Below, in pieces: positions 47,245-56,580 of a stretch of 64,000 nucleotides of DNA. Where the stretch lies: positions 46,461 through 110,460 of the forward strand of contig CAYQIY010000008.1 of NCBI GenBank assembly GCA_964417635.1, read 5' to 3'. The notes beneath the pieces were generated by a model. That model had not been told where the DNA came from. It ran no database searches and saw nothing but the letters and a program-made list of their open reading frames with translations. Position 1 is the first letter of the stretch. Each line of letters opens with the position of its first letter. The DNA is from an uncultured Pseudomonadota bacterium (GTDB lineage Bacteria; Bacillota; Sulfobacillia; JAUYEF01). The position numbers were made by a program, and so were the translations under genes.

Positions 47245-48021
47245 GTGCTAGATAATCTGAAACTCGCTGTGGCGTTTCTGACGCGCATCAGAGTGGGCAT
47301 TACCCACGACACGGCTGACAAGCGTCTGGCGCGGTGTGTGTCTGCGTTTCCGGCGGTGGGTCTGCTAATAGGTGTGTGCGCCGCTACAGCGGACATGGTC
47401 GCGAGGTATCTGTTCTCGTCTCTGGGAGCGTTGGGTGCTTCGTTTCTCGGAGCGTTCACAGCACTCAGCGTCTGCTGCGTGCTCACTGGAGCGCTCCACA
47501 TAGACGGGCTTGCGGACACACTTGACGGACTTCTGGGTGGCAGAGACCTGCATCACACGCTCGAGATCATGAAAGACCCAAGGGTGGGCGCTGCCGGGGT
47601 GATCGGTATAGTGCTGGACATCGGCGCAAGGCTGCTGCTCTTGGGTTTTCTTCCAGAAACGCATAGGTTTGCCGTAATAATGATTGCGCCGGTTGTAGGC
47701 AGGTTGTGTCAGGTTTTTGGTGTAGTGTGCTGGCCATATGCGCGAAAATCAGGAGCGGGTAAGCCTTTTGCACAATATGCCGGGTATCGTGAGCTTGGCT
47801 GGGCGGCTGGCATCAGCCTGTGCATTACACTCGTTACGTTCAGACTTGCGCACGCGCCACCGCTGTTGTTGCTTGGTGCTATGTCTGGCTGCCTAGTTGC
47901 GGCAGCGCTGTTCGCCTCGGCCGTAGCACGGCGGCTTGCCGGGCTAACAGGTGATGTGTACGGCGCGATGAACGAGATAGCAGAGATAAGTTTCATCGCG
48001 CTATTCGCGGTGCTATTATGA
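47245..48021 (+). CDS. cobS: adenosylcobinamide-GDP ribazoletransferase (cobalamin synthase)
   Basis: HIDGLADTLDGLLGG is present. The membrane protein is about 255 aa. Confidence 0.85.
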   Translation: MLDNLKLAVAFLTRIRVGITHDTADKRLARCVSAFPAVGLLIGVCAATADMVARYLFSSLGALGASFLGAFTALSVCCVLTGALHIDGLADTLDGLLGGRDLHHTLEIMKDPRVGAAGVIGIVLDIGARLLLLGFLPETHRFAVIMIAPVVGRLCQVFGVVCWPYARKSGAGKPFAQYAGYRELGWAAGISLCITLVTFRLAHAPPLLLLGAMSGCLVAAALFASAVARRLAGLTGDVYGAMNEIAEISFIALFAVLL

Positions 48022-49106
48022 GCCACGGAGGCAGGGTATACGAAGCGGCAAGGGAACTCGGCATCGGTGTCGACGAGGTCTTGGACTTTTCGGCGAACAT
48101 GAATCCATACGGGCCGCCTGAGAGCGTGATGAACGCGGTGAGGTCTGCTATTGGCCAGATAATTCATTATCCAGATCCCGAAAGCCATGATCTCGTGTAC
48201 GCGCTGGCGTGCCAGCACGGGGTAAGCCCTGAGTGCATAGTCGTCACAAATGGCGCAGAAGAGGCGCTCTGGTTGTTGCCGCAAGTGCTGTGCGCACAAA
48301 AAGGGATCATATGCTCTCCTTCCTTTAGCGGCTACAGCAGCTCAATGTACGCATGGCACAAACCTTCGGTGTTCGTACCGTCCAATTTCAGATGGCATCC
48401 CAAGCGTTTCGAAAGCGCGCTTTACGAAGCGGCAGAACAGGTCTCAGAAGGCGATGTGCTGTTTGTGTGTAATCCGAACAACCCCACAGCCGAACTCGCG
48501 CCAAGACAGGTCATTGCGGATATTCTGCGCGAAGTCCGCGTTCGTGGCGGGACGCTAGTGTTGGACGAATCGTTCATGCAGTTCGTGCGTTGCGAGCACG
48601 CGTATAGCTTTGCGACGTCTGCTGCGACAGGCAGCGCTCTTGTGGTGGTGCGTTCACTTACTAAGTTCTACTCAATTCCAGGGCTGCGCGTTGGGTATGT
48701 GCTAATGCCGCGAGAACTCGCGGCCAGGATGCGCTGCATGTTGCCGCACTGGAACGTCAACAGGTTGGCACAGGTGGCGGCGCTTGCGGCTGTTCAAGAT
48801 GAACGATACAGATACGACAGTGTCATTCGTTTGTCGCAAGCCAAAGATGAGCTCTGCACACGACTGCGTGAGCTGCGTGTCTTCAGAGTGCACGAATCCA
48901 GCGCAAATTTCTTATTGCTCGAGATACTGGATCGCTCGCTCGATTCTCGCAGGCTTTGCACACTTGCAAGGCGAAACAGAGTATTGCTTAGAGACTGTGC
49001 GGACTTTCCCGCGCTTTCTCGAAGATACATCAGGGTTGCCGTAAGAAAGCCTGCGCACAATGCGCAGCTGATTCGGGTTCTAGAACACATCATACGAGGC
49101 GAGTGA
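48018..49106 (+). CDS. cobD: L-threonine-O-3-phosphate decarboxylase (CobD, aminotransferase class I/II fold)
   Basis: LDFSANMNPYGPP, CNPNNPT and the lysine region SLTKFYSIPGLRVGY are present. Confidence 0.8.
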   Translation: MSHGGRVYEAARELGIGVDEVLDFSANMNPYGPPESVMNAVRSAIGQIIHYPDPESHDLVYALACQHGVSPECIVVTNGAEEALWLLPQVLCAQKGIICSPSFSGYSSSMYAWHKPSVFVPSNFRWHPKRFESALYEAAEQVSEGDVLFVCNPNNPTAELAPRQVIADILREVRVRGGTLVLDESFMQFVRCEHAYSFATSAATGSALVVVRSLTKFYSIPGLRVGYVLMPRELAARMRCMLPHWNVNRLAQVAALAAVQDERYRYDSVIRLSQAKDELCTRLRELRVFRVHESSANFLLLEILDRSLDSRRLCTLARRNRVLLRDCADFPALSRRYIRVAVRKPAHNAQLIRVLEHIIRGE

Positions 49107-49759
49107 TCACATTGCAGAACACAGCATCTGTCAGGGTCATGCTCGTTAGGCATGGCATGACTCTTTGGAACAAGCACAGCAGATACCAGGGTCATACCGA
49201 TGTGCCGTTGTCAATAGAAGGGCTCGAGCAGGCGAAAAGAGCCGCTGCGAGACTCGAGGCCGAGAGAATAACCAGGATATACTCAAGCGATCTGTCGAGA
49301 GCGCATCTTACGGCGCAAGTAATTGCGTGCCGTCATGGCCTGCCTGTCATACGTGACCCCAGACTTCGTGAGATAGGCTTTGGCAAGTGGGAAGGGCTTA
49401 CATACGCAGAAATAAGCCAGAGATGGCCTGAACTTCAAAAACGCTGGTTTTCGGATCCAGTGTCTCACACCCCGCCTGAAGCAGAAAGCACCGAGGATCT
49501 TCGTAAGCGGCTCGAACAGGCGTTATCTGACATATACAAGGACCTTGTGCGCTGCACCGAGTTGACTCCGGGCATAGCACCGCTTGGAGTCATAGTCGCG
49601 CACGGAGGAGTCATACGCGCGCTCATATCACTTTCGCTTACCGGCTCGATGAGATCGCTATGGTCATGCGCAGTAAGTCAGGCTTCGGTTACCGAAGGTG
49701 AACTCTACCCCGGCCGGCTCAAGATCACGTGCAGAAACGATGTGTCGCACCTAGCATGA
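49103..49759 (+). CDS. cobC: alpha-ribazole-5'-phosphate phosphatase (histidine phosphatase/phosphoglycerate-mutase family)
   Basis: The RHG motif is MLVRHGMTLWN. The second motif SSDLSRA and VIVAHGGVIRAL are present. Confidence 0.8.
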   Translation: MITLQNTASVRVMLVRHGMTLWNKHSRYQGHTDVPLSIEGLEQAKRAAARLEAERITRIYSSDLSRAHLTAQVIACRHGLPVIRDPRLREIGFGKWEGLTYAEISQRWPELQKRWFSDPVSHTPPEAESTEDLRKRLEQALSDIYKDLVRCTELTPGIAPLGVIVAHGGVIRALISLSLTGSMRSLWSCAVSQASVTEGELYPGRLKITCRNDVSHLA

Positions 49760-50833
49760 GACGCCTGCTTCTTCGAAAGTGGCCATTTCGTTGAGTATCT
49801 TCATGGCGGCATCAGCAATGCTCATTGCGAGTACTGCACCTGTTCCTTCTCCGAGCCTCATGTCTAGCGACATTAGTGGCTCGACACCCAAGAACTCAAG
49901 AGATACACGGTGTCCGGGCTCGCATGATAGGTGCGAGCCTATCATGTATTGCACGGAAGAAGGCGCTATCATGGAGGCGAGGCATGCGGCCACGGTGCTT
50001 ATGAAGCCGTCCACTACCACGGGCACACGCCTCTTGGCGCAGCCCAGTATGCAGCCTGCAATTGCACCGATCTCAAGTCCGCCGACTTTGACCAGGATAT
50101 CCAAAGGATCAGAGGCTGACGGCGAATTCACCTCAAGTGCTTGTTCTATTGCTGCTACCTTTCGTGCAAGCGCCGAATCATCAATGCCGGTCCCCCTGCC
50201 GGTGACCTCTTCAACCGGTCGGCCGGTGATCGCGCACAGTATGGCTGTGCTGGCCGTGGTGTTCCCGATGCCCATTTCTCCGGTGGCTACCATGGAGGCG
50301 CCCTGATCGATCTGGTATGCAGCAAGCGTTGCACCGGTAAGGATGCACGAGTGCGCCTGTTCTATTGTCATCGCAGCGCCCTTTGTGATGTTCTGTGTGC
50401 CGCGACAGATCTTTGCGTTTACATAACCATCATGCGGAATCTCGGAGCACACGCCTACATCGGCGACGATGACTTCTGCTCCTACATGCCTCGCCAGCAC
50501 GTTAATAGCAGCCCCTCCTCGGGCGAAGTTTGCAACCATCTGCGCTGTGACTTGCTGTGGATACGCGCTTACGCCTTCTAGCGCCACTCCGTGGTCTGCC
50601 GCCATAACGAGCACTACTTTTCTGCCGGGTCTAGGTGTTGGCGTGCGAGTGATGCCTGCGAGTTTTTCGGCGAGCAACTCCAGTTTGCCGAGGCTTCCTT
50701 GTGGTTTGGTGAGCGAGTCAAGCCGTGCTCGCGCTGCCTGCATGGCGTGCGCATCAAGCGGCTCAATATGGCTTAGTTCACGTATGAGATCTCGGTCGGT
50801 CAATACGGCCACCTGCCTTTGGGTCATGCACAT
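49751..50833 (-). CDS. cobT: nicotinate-nucleotide:dimethylbenzimidazole phosphoribosyltransferase
   Basis: HIEPLD ... KPQGSLGKLE ... GEMGIGNTTASTAILCAITG is the CobT signature. Confidence 0.85.
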   Translation of the reverse strand: MCMTQRQVAVLTDRDLIRELSHIEPLDAHAMQAARARLDSLTKPQGSLGKLELLAEKLAGITRTPTPRPGRKVVLVMAADHGVALEGVSAYPQQVTAQMVANFARGGAAINVLARHVGAEVIVADVGVCSEIPHDGYVNAKICRGTQNITKGAAMTIEQAHSCILTGATLAAYQIDQGASMVATGEMGIGNTTASTAILCAITGRPVEEVTGRGTGIDDSALARKVAAIEQALEVNSPSASDPLDILVKVGGLEIGAIAGCILGCAKRRVPVVVDGFISTVAACLASMIAPSSVQYMIGSHLSCEPGHRVSLEFLGVEPLMSLDMRLGEGTGAVLAMSIADAAMKILNEMATFEEAGVSC

Positions 50834-50953
50834 ATTATAAGGGAAGTACTAGCGCTGAAGCCAGCCTTGGCAGGAACCCGGAGATTTTCGGCTAATTTAC
50901 AGATACGAACCATACCGTCATCTGGTGAGGTGGAGAGTGTGAAAGCAGGTGTT

Positions 50954-52216
50954 ATGGGGCCCAAAGAACTTGTGGAGATCTGCTGCAAGATCGGCCGAGA
51001 GTACCCAGATATCGAGTTTCGGCCCATCGTGTACAGCGCAGAAACGGAGGCGCTGCGTTTGTTTGAGCAGCACAGAGAGCACCTTGATCTGTGGCTGTTT
51101 ATGGGAATATGGCCGTACTACAAGGTGCGAGAACACTATGCCCCAGAAGACCTAAGAGTACATATGCTCGCTATCTCGCCCCAGACCTGCGCGAGCGTGT
51201 ACCAGGGGCTTGCACAGGTGCTCGCGGCAGGTCACGACCCGCGTTGCATAAGCATCGACACTCTGCCGGTAACTGAGATAGAGCAAGCATACCTGGAGAT
51301 AGGACTGAGCTGCGAAGAGACCCGGGTAAAGGAACTTCATTCGGCCGTACCGCTTGAACAGGTTACAGATTTCCATCTGTCTTTGTGGCAAAGTGGTGAC
51401 ACTTGCTGTGCGCTTACATATCTGAAGGGCGTGTACGAGAACCTGAAACGCGCGGGCGTTACGGTCTTCCGTGGGGTGCCGAGTCAAGCAGCCATCCGCG
51501 AGTCGATTGCCAGGTTGGCGCTCGAACGTGAGGCCATAAGAGCTGCCCGATCGCAGATAGTGGTCGGTATGATGCGGACTGAGCAGAGTCTACTAGAGCC
51601 TAGGAAAAAGCAAAGACTGTACGAACTCTTGCTCGGATTTGCAGAGCGCACAGGTGCGTCAGTTGTGCCGTCCGAAGCCGGAGAGTACCTTTTGTTTCTT
51701 ACCCAAGGGGCGCTTGCTGAAGCGACGTCCGAATACAGCCGGTTACCGCTTCTAAACCAAATACACAACGAGATAGGCATCGCCGTCTGCTGTGGATTTG
51801 GGATTGCGCCAACTGCTCATCTGTCGCAGTACCAGGCGAGGACTGCACTTGACATGTGCCGCCAGCAGGGCGGAAACTGTGCTTTTGTGCTGAATTACGA
51901 TGGAAGCGTGGTGGGCCCTGTAGGCCGCGCTCCGGTGGCCGAATACAGTCGTCGTAGTATGAACCCCCGGATCATGCAGATAGCCGAGAAGTCGGGGCTC
52001 AGCGTTGCCACGGTCACCAAGATAGCGGGCATCATCAAGAAGATGGGCACGCACAGGCTTACTGCGCACGATGTGGCGAGAGAACTGGGAATAGCGCAGC
52101 GCAACGGCAGAAGAATTCTGGCGCTTCTCGAGAAAGCGGGGGTGGCTGTTGTTGAAGGGCTTGAGCAACCTGTTGCAAGAGGCCGCCCAAGGAAGGTGTA
52201 CGCAGTAAGGCTTTGA
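50954..52216 (+). CDS. putative transcriptional regulator: N-terminal domain of unknown function, degenerate GGDEF-like domain and C-terminal winged HTH
   Basis: EIGIAVCCGFGIAPTAHLSQYQARTALDMCRQQGGNCAFV matches the C-terminal block of the GGDEF/GGDEF_2 fold. GEYLLFLTQ sits in place of GGDEF. The C-terminus is LTAHDVARELGIAQRNGRRILALLEKAG. The ATG at 50954 is used. The longest ORF starts at 50819 and overlaps cobT. Confidence 0.4.
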   Translation: MGPKELVEICCKIGREYPDIEFRPIVYSAETEALRLFEQHREHLDLWLFMGIWPYYKVREHYAPEDLRVHMLAISPQTCASVYQGLAQVLAAGHDPRCISIDTLPVTEIEQAYLEIGLSCEETRVKELHSAVPLEQVTDFHLSLWQSGDTCCALTYLKGVYENLKRAGVTVFRGVPSQAAIRESIARLALEREAIRAARSQIVVGMMRTEQSLLEPRKKQRLYELLLGFAERTGASVVPSEAGEYLLFLTQGALAEATSEYSRLPLLNQIHNEIGIAVCCGFGIAPTAHLSQYQARTALDMCRQQGGNCAFVLNYDGSVVGPVGRAPVAEYSRRSMNPRIMQIAEKSGLSVATVTKIAGIIKKMGTHRLTAHDVARELGIAQRNGRRILALLEKAGVAVVEGLEQPVARGRPRKVYAVRL

Positions 52217-52253
52217 CGGGTTAGCAAGCGAGCGTTCAGCCGATACTATCTGT

Positions 52254-52592
52254 GTGACATCCCGAATGGATCATACGAGATACACTGACACCGAAAAAAG
52301 ACGCCTCTACTCCGCGCTCTTCTGGACAGGGCTTGCCATCATTCCTGCAGGCAAGGTCCTGTGCATGAGCCAGATAGGCGCGATGATCGGCGCGCCTCTT
52401 CTTGCTGCTGGCCCGGTGCTGTGTGTGGCCGCAGCAGGCGGCATGGTCTGCACACGCCTGGCGAAGAGGAACCTGATTTCATGTCAGCAATGCGGCGCCG
52501 AGCAGATGGTTGAGCGTGGCGTCAGCTCGTTTGCGTGTGCGCGCTGTGGCGTGAGACAGGCCAACATTCCAAGAGGTAATTCCGGCACATAA
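52254..52592 (+). CDS. small membrane protein with a C-terminal CxxC-x17-CxxC zinc-ribbon
   Basis: Two predicted TM helices are present. CQQCG ... CARCG lies at the C-terminus. Confidence 0.35.
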   Translation: MTSRMDHTRYTDTEKRRLYSALFWTGLAIIPAGKVLCMSQIGAMIGAPLLAAGPVLCVAAAGGMVCTRLAKRNLISCQQCGAEQMVERGVSSFACARCGVRQANIPRGNSGT

Positions 52593-52690
52593 TTTGCTCT
52601 CTGCATCCCCTCGTACAACGCATCTGCTATACTCTAAAGCGTAGCATTCTGGCTTTTGCGCAAGAAGTCTGTCCGTCGGAGGGATGTGTC

Positions 52691-53839
52691 TTGAGGTCGA
52701 GCGTCAAGAAATGGATACGCGAGCACAACGACGAGGCGCTTCAATTGCTTCGGCAGATGGTGAACACAGATAGCGGCACACACGACCCAGATGGTGTGAA
52801 TAAGGTTGCGCGCATGTGTGAACAGCAATTGTCTGCACTCGGTTTTAGCATACGCAGACACAGCGCTGCGCCTTACGGCGACCATCTTGAAGCTACTCTC
52901 GAGTCAGACGGCGCAAAGCGGTTGCTGCTTGTGGGGCACATGGACACTGTGTTCGAAAGGGGCACGGCTCGTGCTCGTCCGTTCAGCGTTGACGGTGACA
53001 GGATAGCGGGTCCTGGTGTGCACGATATGAAGTCAGGTCTGGTTTCGGCCGTGTACGCCCTCAAGGCGTTGATGCAGGCAGGCTTCCGAGATTTCGGTCG
53101 CATAACGCTCTTGTTAAATAGCGATGAAGAAGTCGGTTCGCCCACGTCAAGGCTTCTTATAGAGGCGCTTGCACGATCAAGCGACATAGGCTTTGTTCTG
53201 GAATGCGCCTATCCCGACGGCTCGATAGTCACGGCACGCAAGGGAGTTGGAATGTACAAACTCGTAACACGAGGTGTGTCGGCTCACGCGGGTGCCGAGC
53301 CCGAAAAAGGGGTAAACGCTATTGTGCTGATGGCTGAGAAAATCCTCGATGCGGCGAAGATTTCGGACGCAGGAAGCGGCACCACGGTTAACGTGGGGGT
53401 CATAAGAGGCGGTACGCGGCGCAACGTGGTCCCAGACTTTGCCGAAGCCGAAATTGATGTGAGGGTGGCTACCACCGAAGAAGCGCAGAGGGTGCATCGC
53501 TGCCTAGGCGCACTTTCTTCGGGGCGACTGGAGCGCTCATCGGTTGAACTCACCGGAGGGCTCAACAGACCGCCGATGGAACGCACGCCCGAAATAGAGC
53601 GGCTATACCGACTTGTAAGAGAAGAGGCGCACGATATTGGGCTGAACATATCTGAAAGGAGTACCGGCGGTGCTTCAGACGGCAATTTTGTGGCGCACAC
53701 CGGCATCCCGGTATTAGACGGAATGGGACCTCAGGGTGGCTTTGCGCACAGCCTGGACGAGTACATGCAGCTGAGTACGTTTCCTCTCTGGGTCATGTTA
53801 TTGGCACAGTCGATACTGGCCGTGTGTGAGAGTAGATAA
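52691..53839 (+). CDS. M20 family metallopeptidase (carboxypeptidase G2 / glutamate carboxypeptidase-like)
   Basis: LLLVGHMDTVFERG and NSDEEVGS are metal-ligand motifs. A dimerisation domain is present. Confidence 0.8.
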   Translation: MRSSVKKWIREHNDEALQLLRQMVNTDSGTHDPDGVNKVARMCEQQLSALGFSIRRHSAAPYGDHLEATLESDGAKRLLLVGHMDTVFERGTARARPFSVDGDRIAGPGVHDMKSGLVSAVYALKALMQAGFRDFGRITLLLNSDEEVGSPTSRLLIEALARSSDIGFVLECAYPDGSIVTARKGVGMYKLVTRGVSAHAGAEPEKGVNAIVLMAEKILDAAKISDAGSGTTVNVGVIRGGTRRNVVPDFAEAEIDVRVATTEEAQRVHRCLGALSSGRLERSSVELTGGLNRPPMERTPEIERLYRLVREEAHDIGLNISERSTGGASDGNFVAHTGIPVLDGMGPQGGFAHSLDEYMQLSTFPLWVMLLAQSILAVCESR

Positions 53840-53932
53840 CACCACATGCACGAGGGTTTTGCGTTCTTCCAGGAACAAGCGCGTAACACTCTCGTCTTAA
53901 CCAATGTAGCACGAATCGGGGAGGTCAGTTTA

Positions 53933-54553
53933 GTGAGGAAGAACACAGCAGTTGTTCTTGCGGTGTTGCTGTGCGTGGCCATGCTTGCAGGTTGCACGCA
54001 GTCCAAACTGCAAGATGAGATTAAGCAGAAGGATGAGAAGATTGCTCAGCTGCAGGCTGAGGTAAATCAGCTGAAAGAAGAGATTGCGAGACTCAAGGCT
54101 CCTTCTGGGTCGACGCAGCCGCTTCTGACTAACCTGGTAACGCTCTACTTCATCAAGAGCATGCCGACCGAGTTCTATCTGCATCGCGAAGACAGGTTGT
54201 TGCATGAGGCAACCGGTACAGATCTGCTTCGCATGCTGCTTGAAGAACTGATAATCGGGCCGCGGTTCCCGGATCTCGAACCCGTGCTTCCGTCCAACGT
54301 AACAGTGTTGTCCGTGCAGCTCAAAGATGGGCTCGCCACGGTCGACCTCAGCAGAGAGGCAAGACAGCTTAACGTGGGCGCCAGAGGAGAAGCGCTTGCC
54401 GTAAGCGCCATAGCGAACACGCTGACAGAAGTTGACGGCGTGACCAGCGTTCAGATACTCATCGAGGGCGAAATCGTAGAAACGCTTGCAGGCCATGTGG
54501 ACATCTCCAAGCCGGTAAGAAGAGACGAGACTGTGGTTATTGAACTAAAATAG
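53933..54553 (+). CDS. GerMN domain lipoprotein with an N-terminal coiled-coil linker
   Basis: Lipobox MLAGC is present. Heptad repeats KIAQLQAEVNQLKEEIARLK are present. The GerMN-like block is LLEELIIGP ... LSVQLKDGLATVDLS ... VQILIEGEIVETLAGH. The GTG at 53933 follows GGGGAGG. Confidence 0.6.
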   Translation: MRKNTAVVLAVLLCVAMLAGCTQSKLQDEIKQKDEKIAQLQAEVNQLKEEIARLKAPSGSTQPLLTNLVTLYFIKSMPTEFYLHREDRLLHEATGTDLLRMLLEELIIGPRFPDLEPVLPSNVTVLSVQLKDGLATVDLSREARQLNVGARGEALAVSAIANTLTEVDGVTSVQILIEGEIVETLAGHVDISKPVRRDETVVIELK

Positions 54554-54566
54554 GCCTGACTGCTCT

Positions 54567-54604
54567 GGCAGCTGCTTTGCACAAGCAGCTGCTTTCTTCA
54601 TTTG
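54567..54604 (+). terminator. intrinsic terminator after the GerMN gene
   Basis: GGCAGCTGCTT-TGCACA-AAGCAGCTGC is followed by TTTCTTCATTT. Confidence 0.7.
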
Positions 54605-54862
54605 AGAGAGCGAGCAGACTCCTTGGTTAGATGCTTTCTGCTTCTTGTCCGAAGGTGTATGATTAGCTCAGAAGGACAATAGGCCACGCATCATATAGGT
54701 TGATAAATAACACAGCAGGTCAACCCGCTTGGGCTGCACAACTCTACCGCGCAAGATCTCCATTCGCAAACAGAGCGTCCGAACTGTGTCCCAAAACACC
54801 TCACCGGAACGAAGTGTCGAGATATCTGCCGTTACCGCACAGCACGGCCGGAGGAGGGGTTC

Positions 54863-55720
54863 TTGATGGAGCGTGTGGCGATTGTGACTGACAGTGTCGC
54901 AGATGTCCCACCAGATATCTGTCGCGAGATGCACATCTCGGTAGTGCCTCTTTATGTTCAGTTCGGTCTTGAAACCTTCCGCGATAGAGTTGACCTGAGC
55001 GATGAAGAGTTCTACTCACGGCTCAAGCATAGCAACGAACTGCCGAAGACATCTCAGCCGCATCCTGCAGACTTTGTGCAAGTATACCGTTTGCTTACCA
55101 GCAGGCGCAGCCAGGTTGTGAGTATCCATCCTATCGCGCAGTTTAGCGGCACGTATAACACCGCGCTGCTCGCACGCAGCATGATGCATACGCCTGAGCA
55201 TATTAGCGTGATTGATTCGCGCTCAGGCTCTGCGGGCCAACTGCTTGTAGTGTTGGAAGCGGCGCGCGCAGCGCTCAAAGGACTCAAGCGTGAGCAGATC
55301 ACAGAACTCGTATCCGAAATGCGGAGCAAAGTGCGCGTCTACGTAGGGCTCGAGACGCTGTCTTACCTTGCACGCAACGGACGGATTGGCAAAGCGCACG
55401 TGTTGATGGCTTCTATGCTTAACGTCAAACCCATGATATCCGTGATAGACGGTGAGATCGGGCCTGTAGGAAGAGCAAGAGGGTCTTCTGCGATGCTCGC
55501 TAGGCTAGTCGAAATGTGTGCGGATCTGGTCAAGTCGACGCGGGCCAGAGTGGCGATAACGCATGCCGGAGCACAACAGCAGGCGATTAGGCTATGCTCG
55601 CAGATTGAATCCAAACTCGGGTTGAGAGACACTGTGATTTCATCCATGTGTCCGGCTGTGGTATCGAACGCAGGCCCTGGTGCCATCGCGGTTGCCGTAT
55701 ACGAGCCCGAACTGAGCTGA
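54863..55720 (+). CDS. DegV family fatty-acid-binding protein
   Basis: VAIVTDSVADVP ... SQPHPADFVQVY ... is the DegV architecture. The protein is 285 aa. The RBS is GGAGGAGGGG. Confidence 0.85.
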   Translation: MMERVAIVTDSVADVPPDICREMHISVVPLYVQFGLETFRDRVDLSDEEFYSRLKHSNELPKTSQPHPADFVQVYRLLTSRRSQVVSIHPIAQFSGTYNTALLARSMMHTPEHISVIDSRSGSAGQLLVVLEAARAALKGLKREQITELVSEMRSKVRVYVGLETLSYLARNGRIGKAHVLMASMLNVKPMISVIDGEIGPVGRARGSSAMLARLVEMCADLVKSTRARVAITHAGAQQQAIRLCSQIESKLGLRDTVISSMCPAVVSNAGPGAIAVAVYEPELS

Positions 55721-55803
55721 ACAGCATAGCATCACAGGCGCCCCGGCGGGTGCCGGGGCGCTGCACTCGTACATATTGAAAGCATGGCTTCTCTGGTTAG
55801 TGC

Positions 55804-56460
55804 CTACTCGCCATCCGATGAGTCACAGATGCTATGTGAACCAAGTTTTTGCTTGTAATAGCCGTGCGAAGTGTAAAGTGCACCTACCGGATTATGCGCG
55901 AGCACCCTGTCTTTTGCGACCAGCACAGTTGTGGGTGCTTTAGAATGCATGAGGAAAAGCGAATCATGTCCGACGCAAAGACCGACTACGACGTTGAACT
56001 CGGTGCCAGCCTGTTGCAGCACGAACGCCTGACCAACAGGATTACACATGATCTCGTCCGTTCCCGGTCGTACTTTTTCTTCGTTTTTTATCCCCATCTC
56101 TTCTTTGCGGATACCGCCGCATGAACATACCGCGGAGTATACTTCAAAACCGTTTTGGCGCAAGATCCCATCTAGCAGACGTGCCTCGTGGTGCAACCCT
56201 CCACAGAACGCTATGCCGATTTTCGTGAACCCACACTTGCGGGCAAACTCCATTGTTTCTTCGACACGAGACCATTTGCAGTATCCTTCTGCCTCTACAT
56301 GAGCTGCTGCAATCGCCAGTGATTTGTGAGATGGATTGGTGGAAAACGCTTGGCGCGCAATCTGCCCGGGCGTTTCTTGCCATCTGAGCGGACAGAACTC
56401 AGGTGTTTCTTGGATGTCTTTGGTGCCGCATACTCTTCGTGCACATAAGGCGCATTTCAT
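55804..56460 (-). CDS. cysteine-rich putative metal-binding protein (DUF1847-like)
   Basis: The N-terminus is MKCALCARRVC. An internal segment AFCGGLHHEA ... CSCGG ... CVGHD is present. There are many Cys/His residues. The family assignment is tentative. Confidence 0.35.
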   Translation of the reverse strand: MKCALCARRVCGTKDIQETPEFCPLRWQETPGQIARQAFSTNPSHKSLAIAAAHVEAEGYCKWSRVEETMEFARKCGFTKIGIAFCGGLHHEARLLDGILRQNGFEVYSAVCSCGGIRKEEMGIKNEEKVRPGTDEIMCNPVGQAFVLQQAGTEFNVVVGLCVGHDSLFLMHSKAPTTVLVAKDRVLAHNPVGALYTSHGYYKQKLGSHSICDSSDGE

Positions 56461-56580
56461 TATGCAGTGTCTCCTTTCGTTAGGTCATCCCAAAGGTTCT
56501 GAGGCATGGGCAGGGATTCCTCCAAATACGCCTAACTATTGAGCATCACTATTGCATGACTATACTTGGGGGCGTGGACA

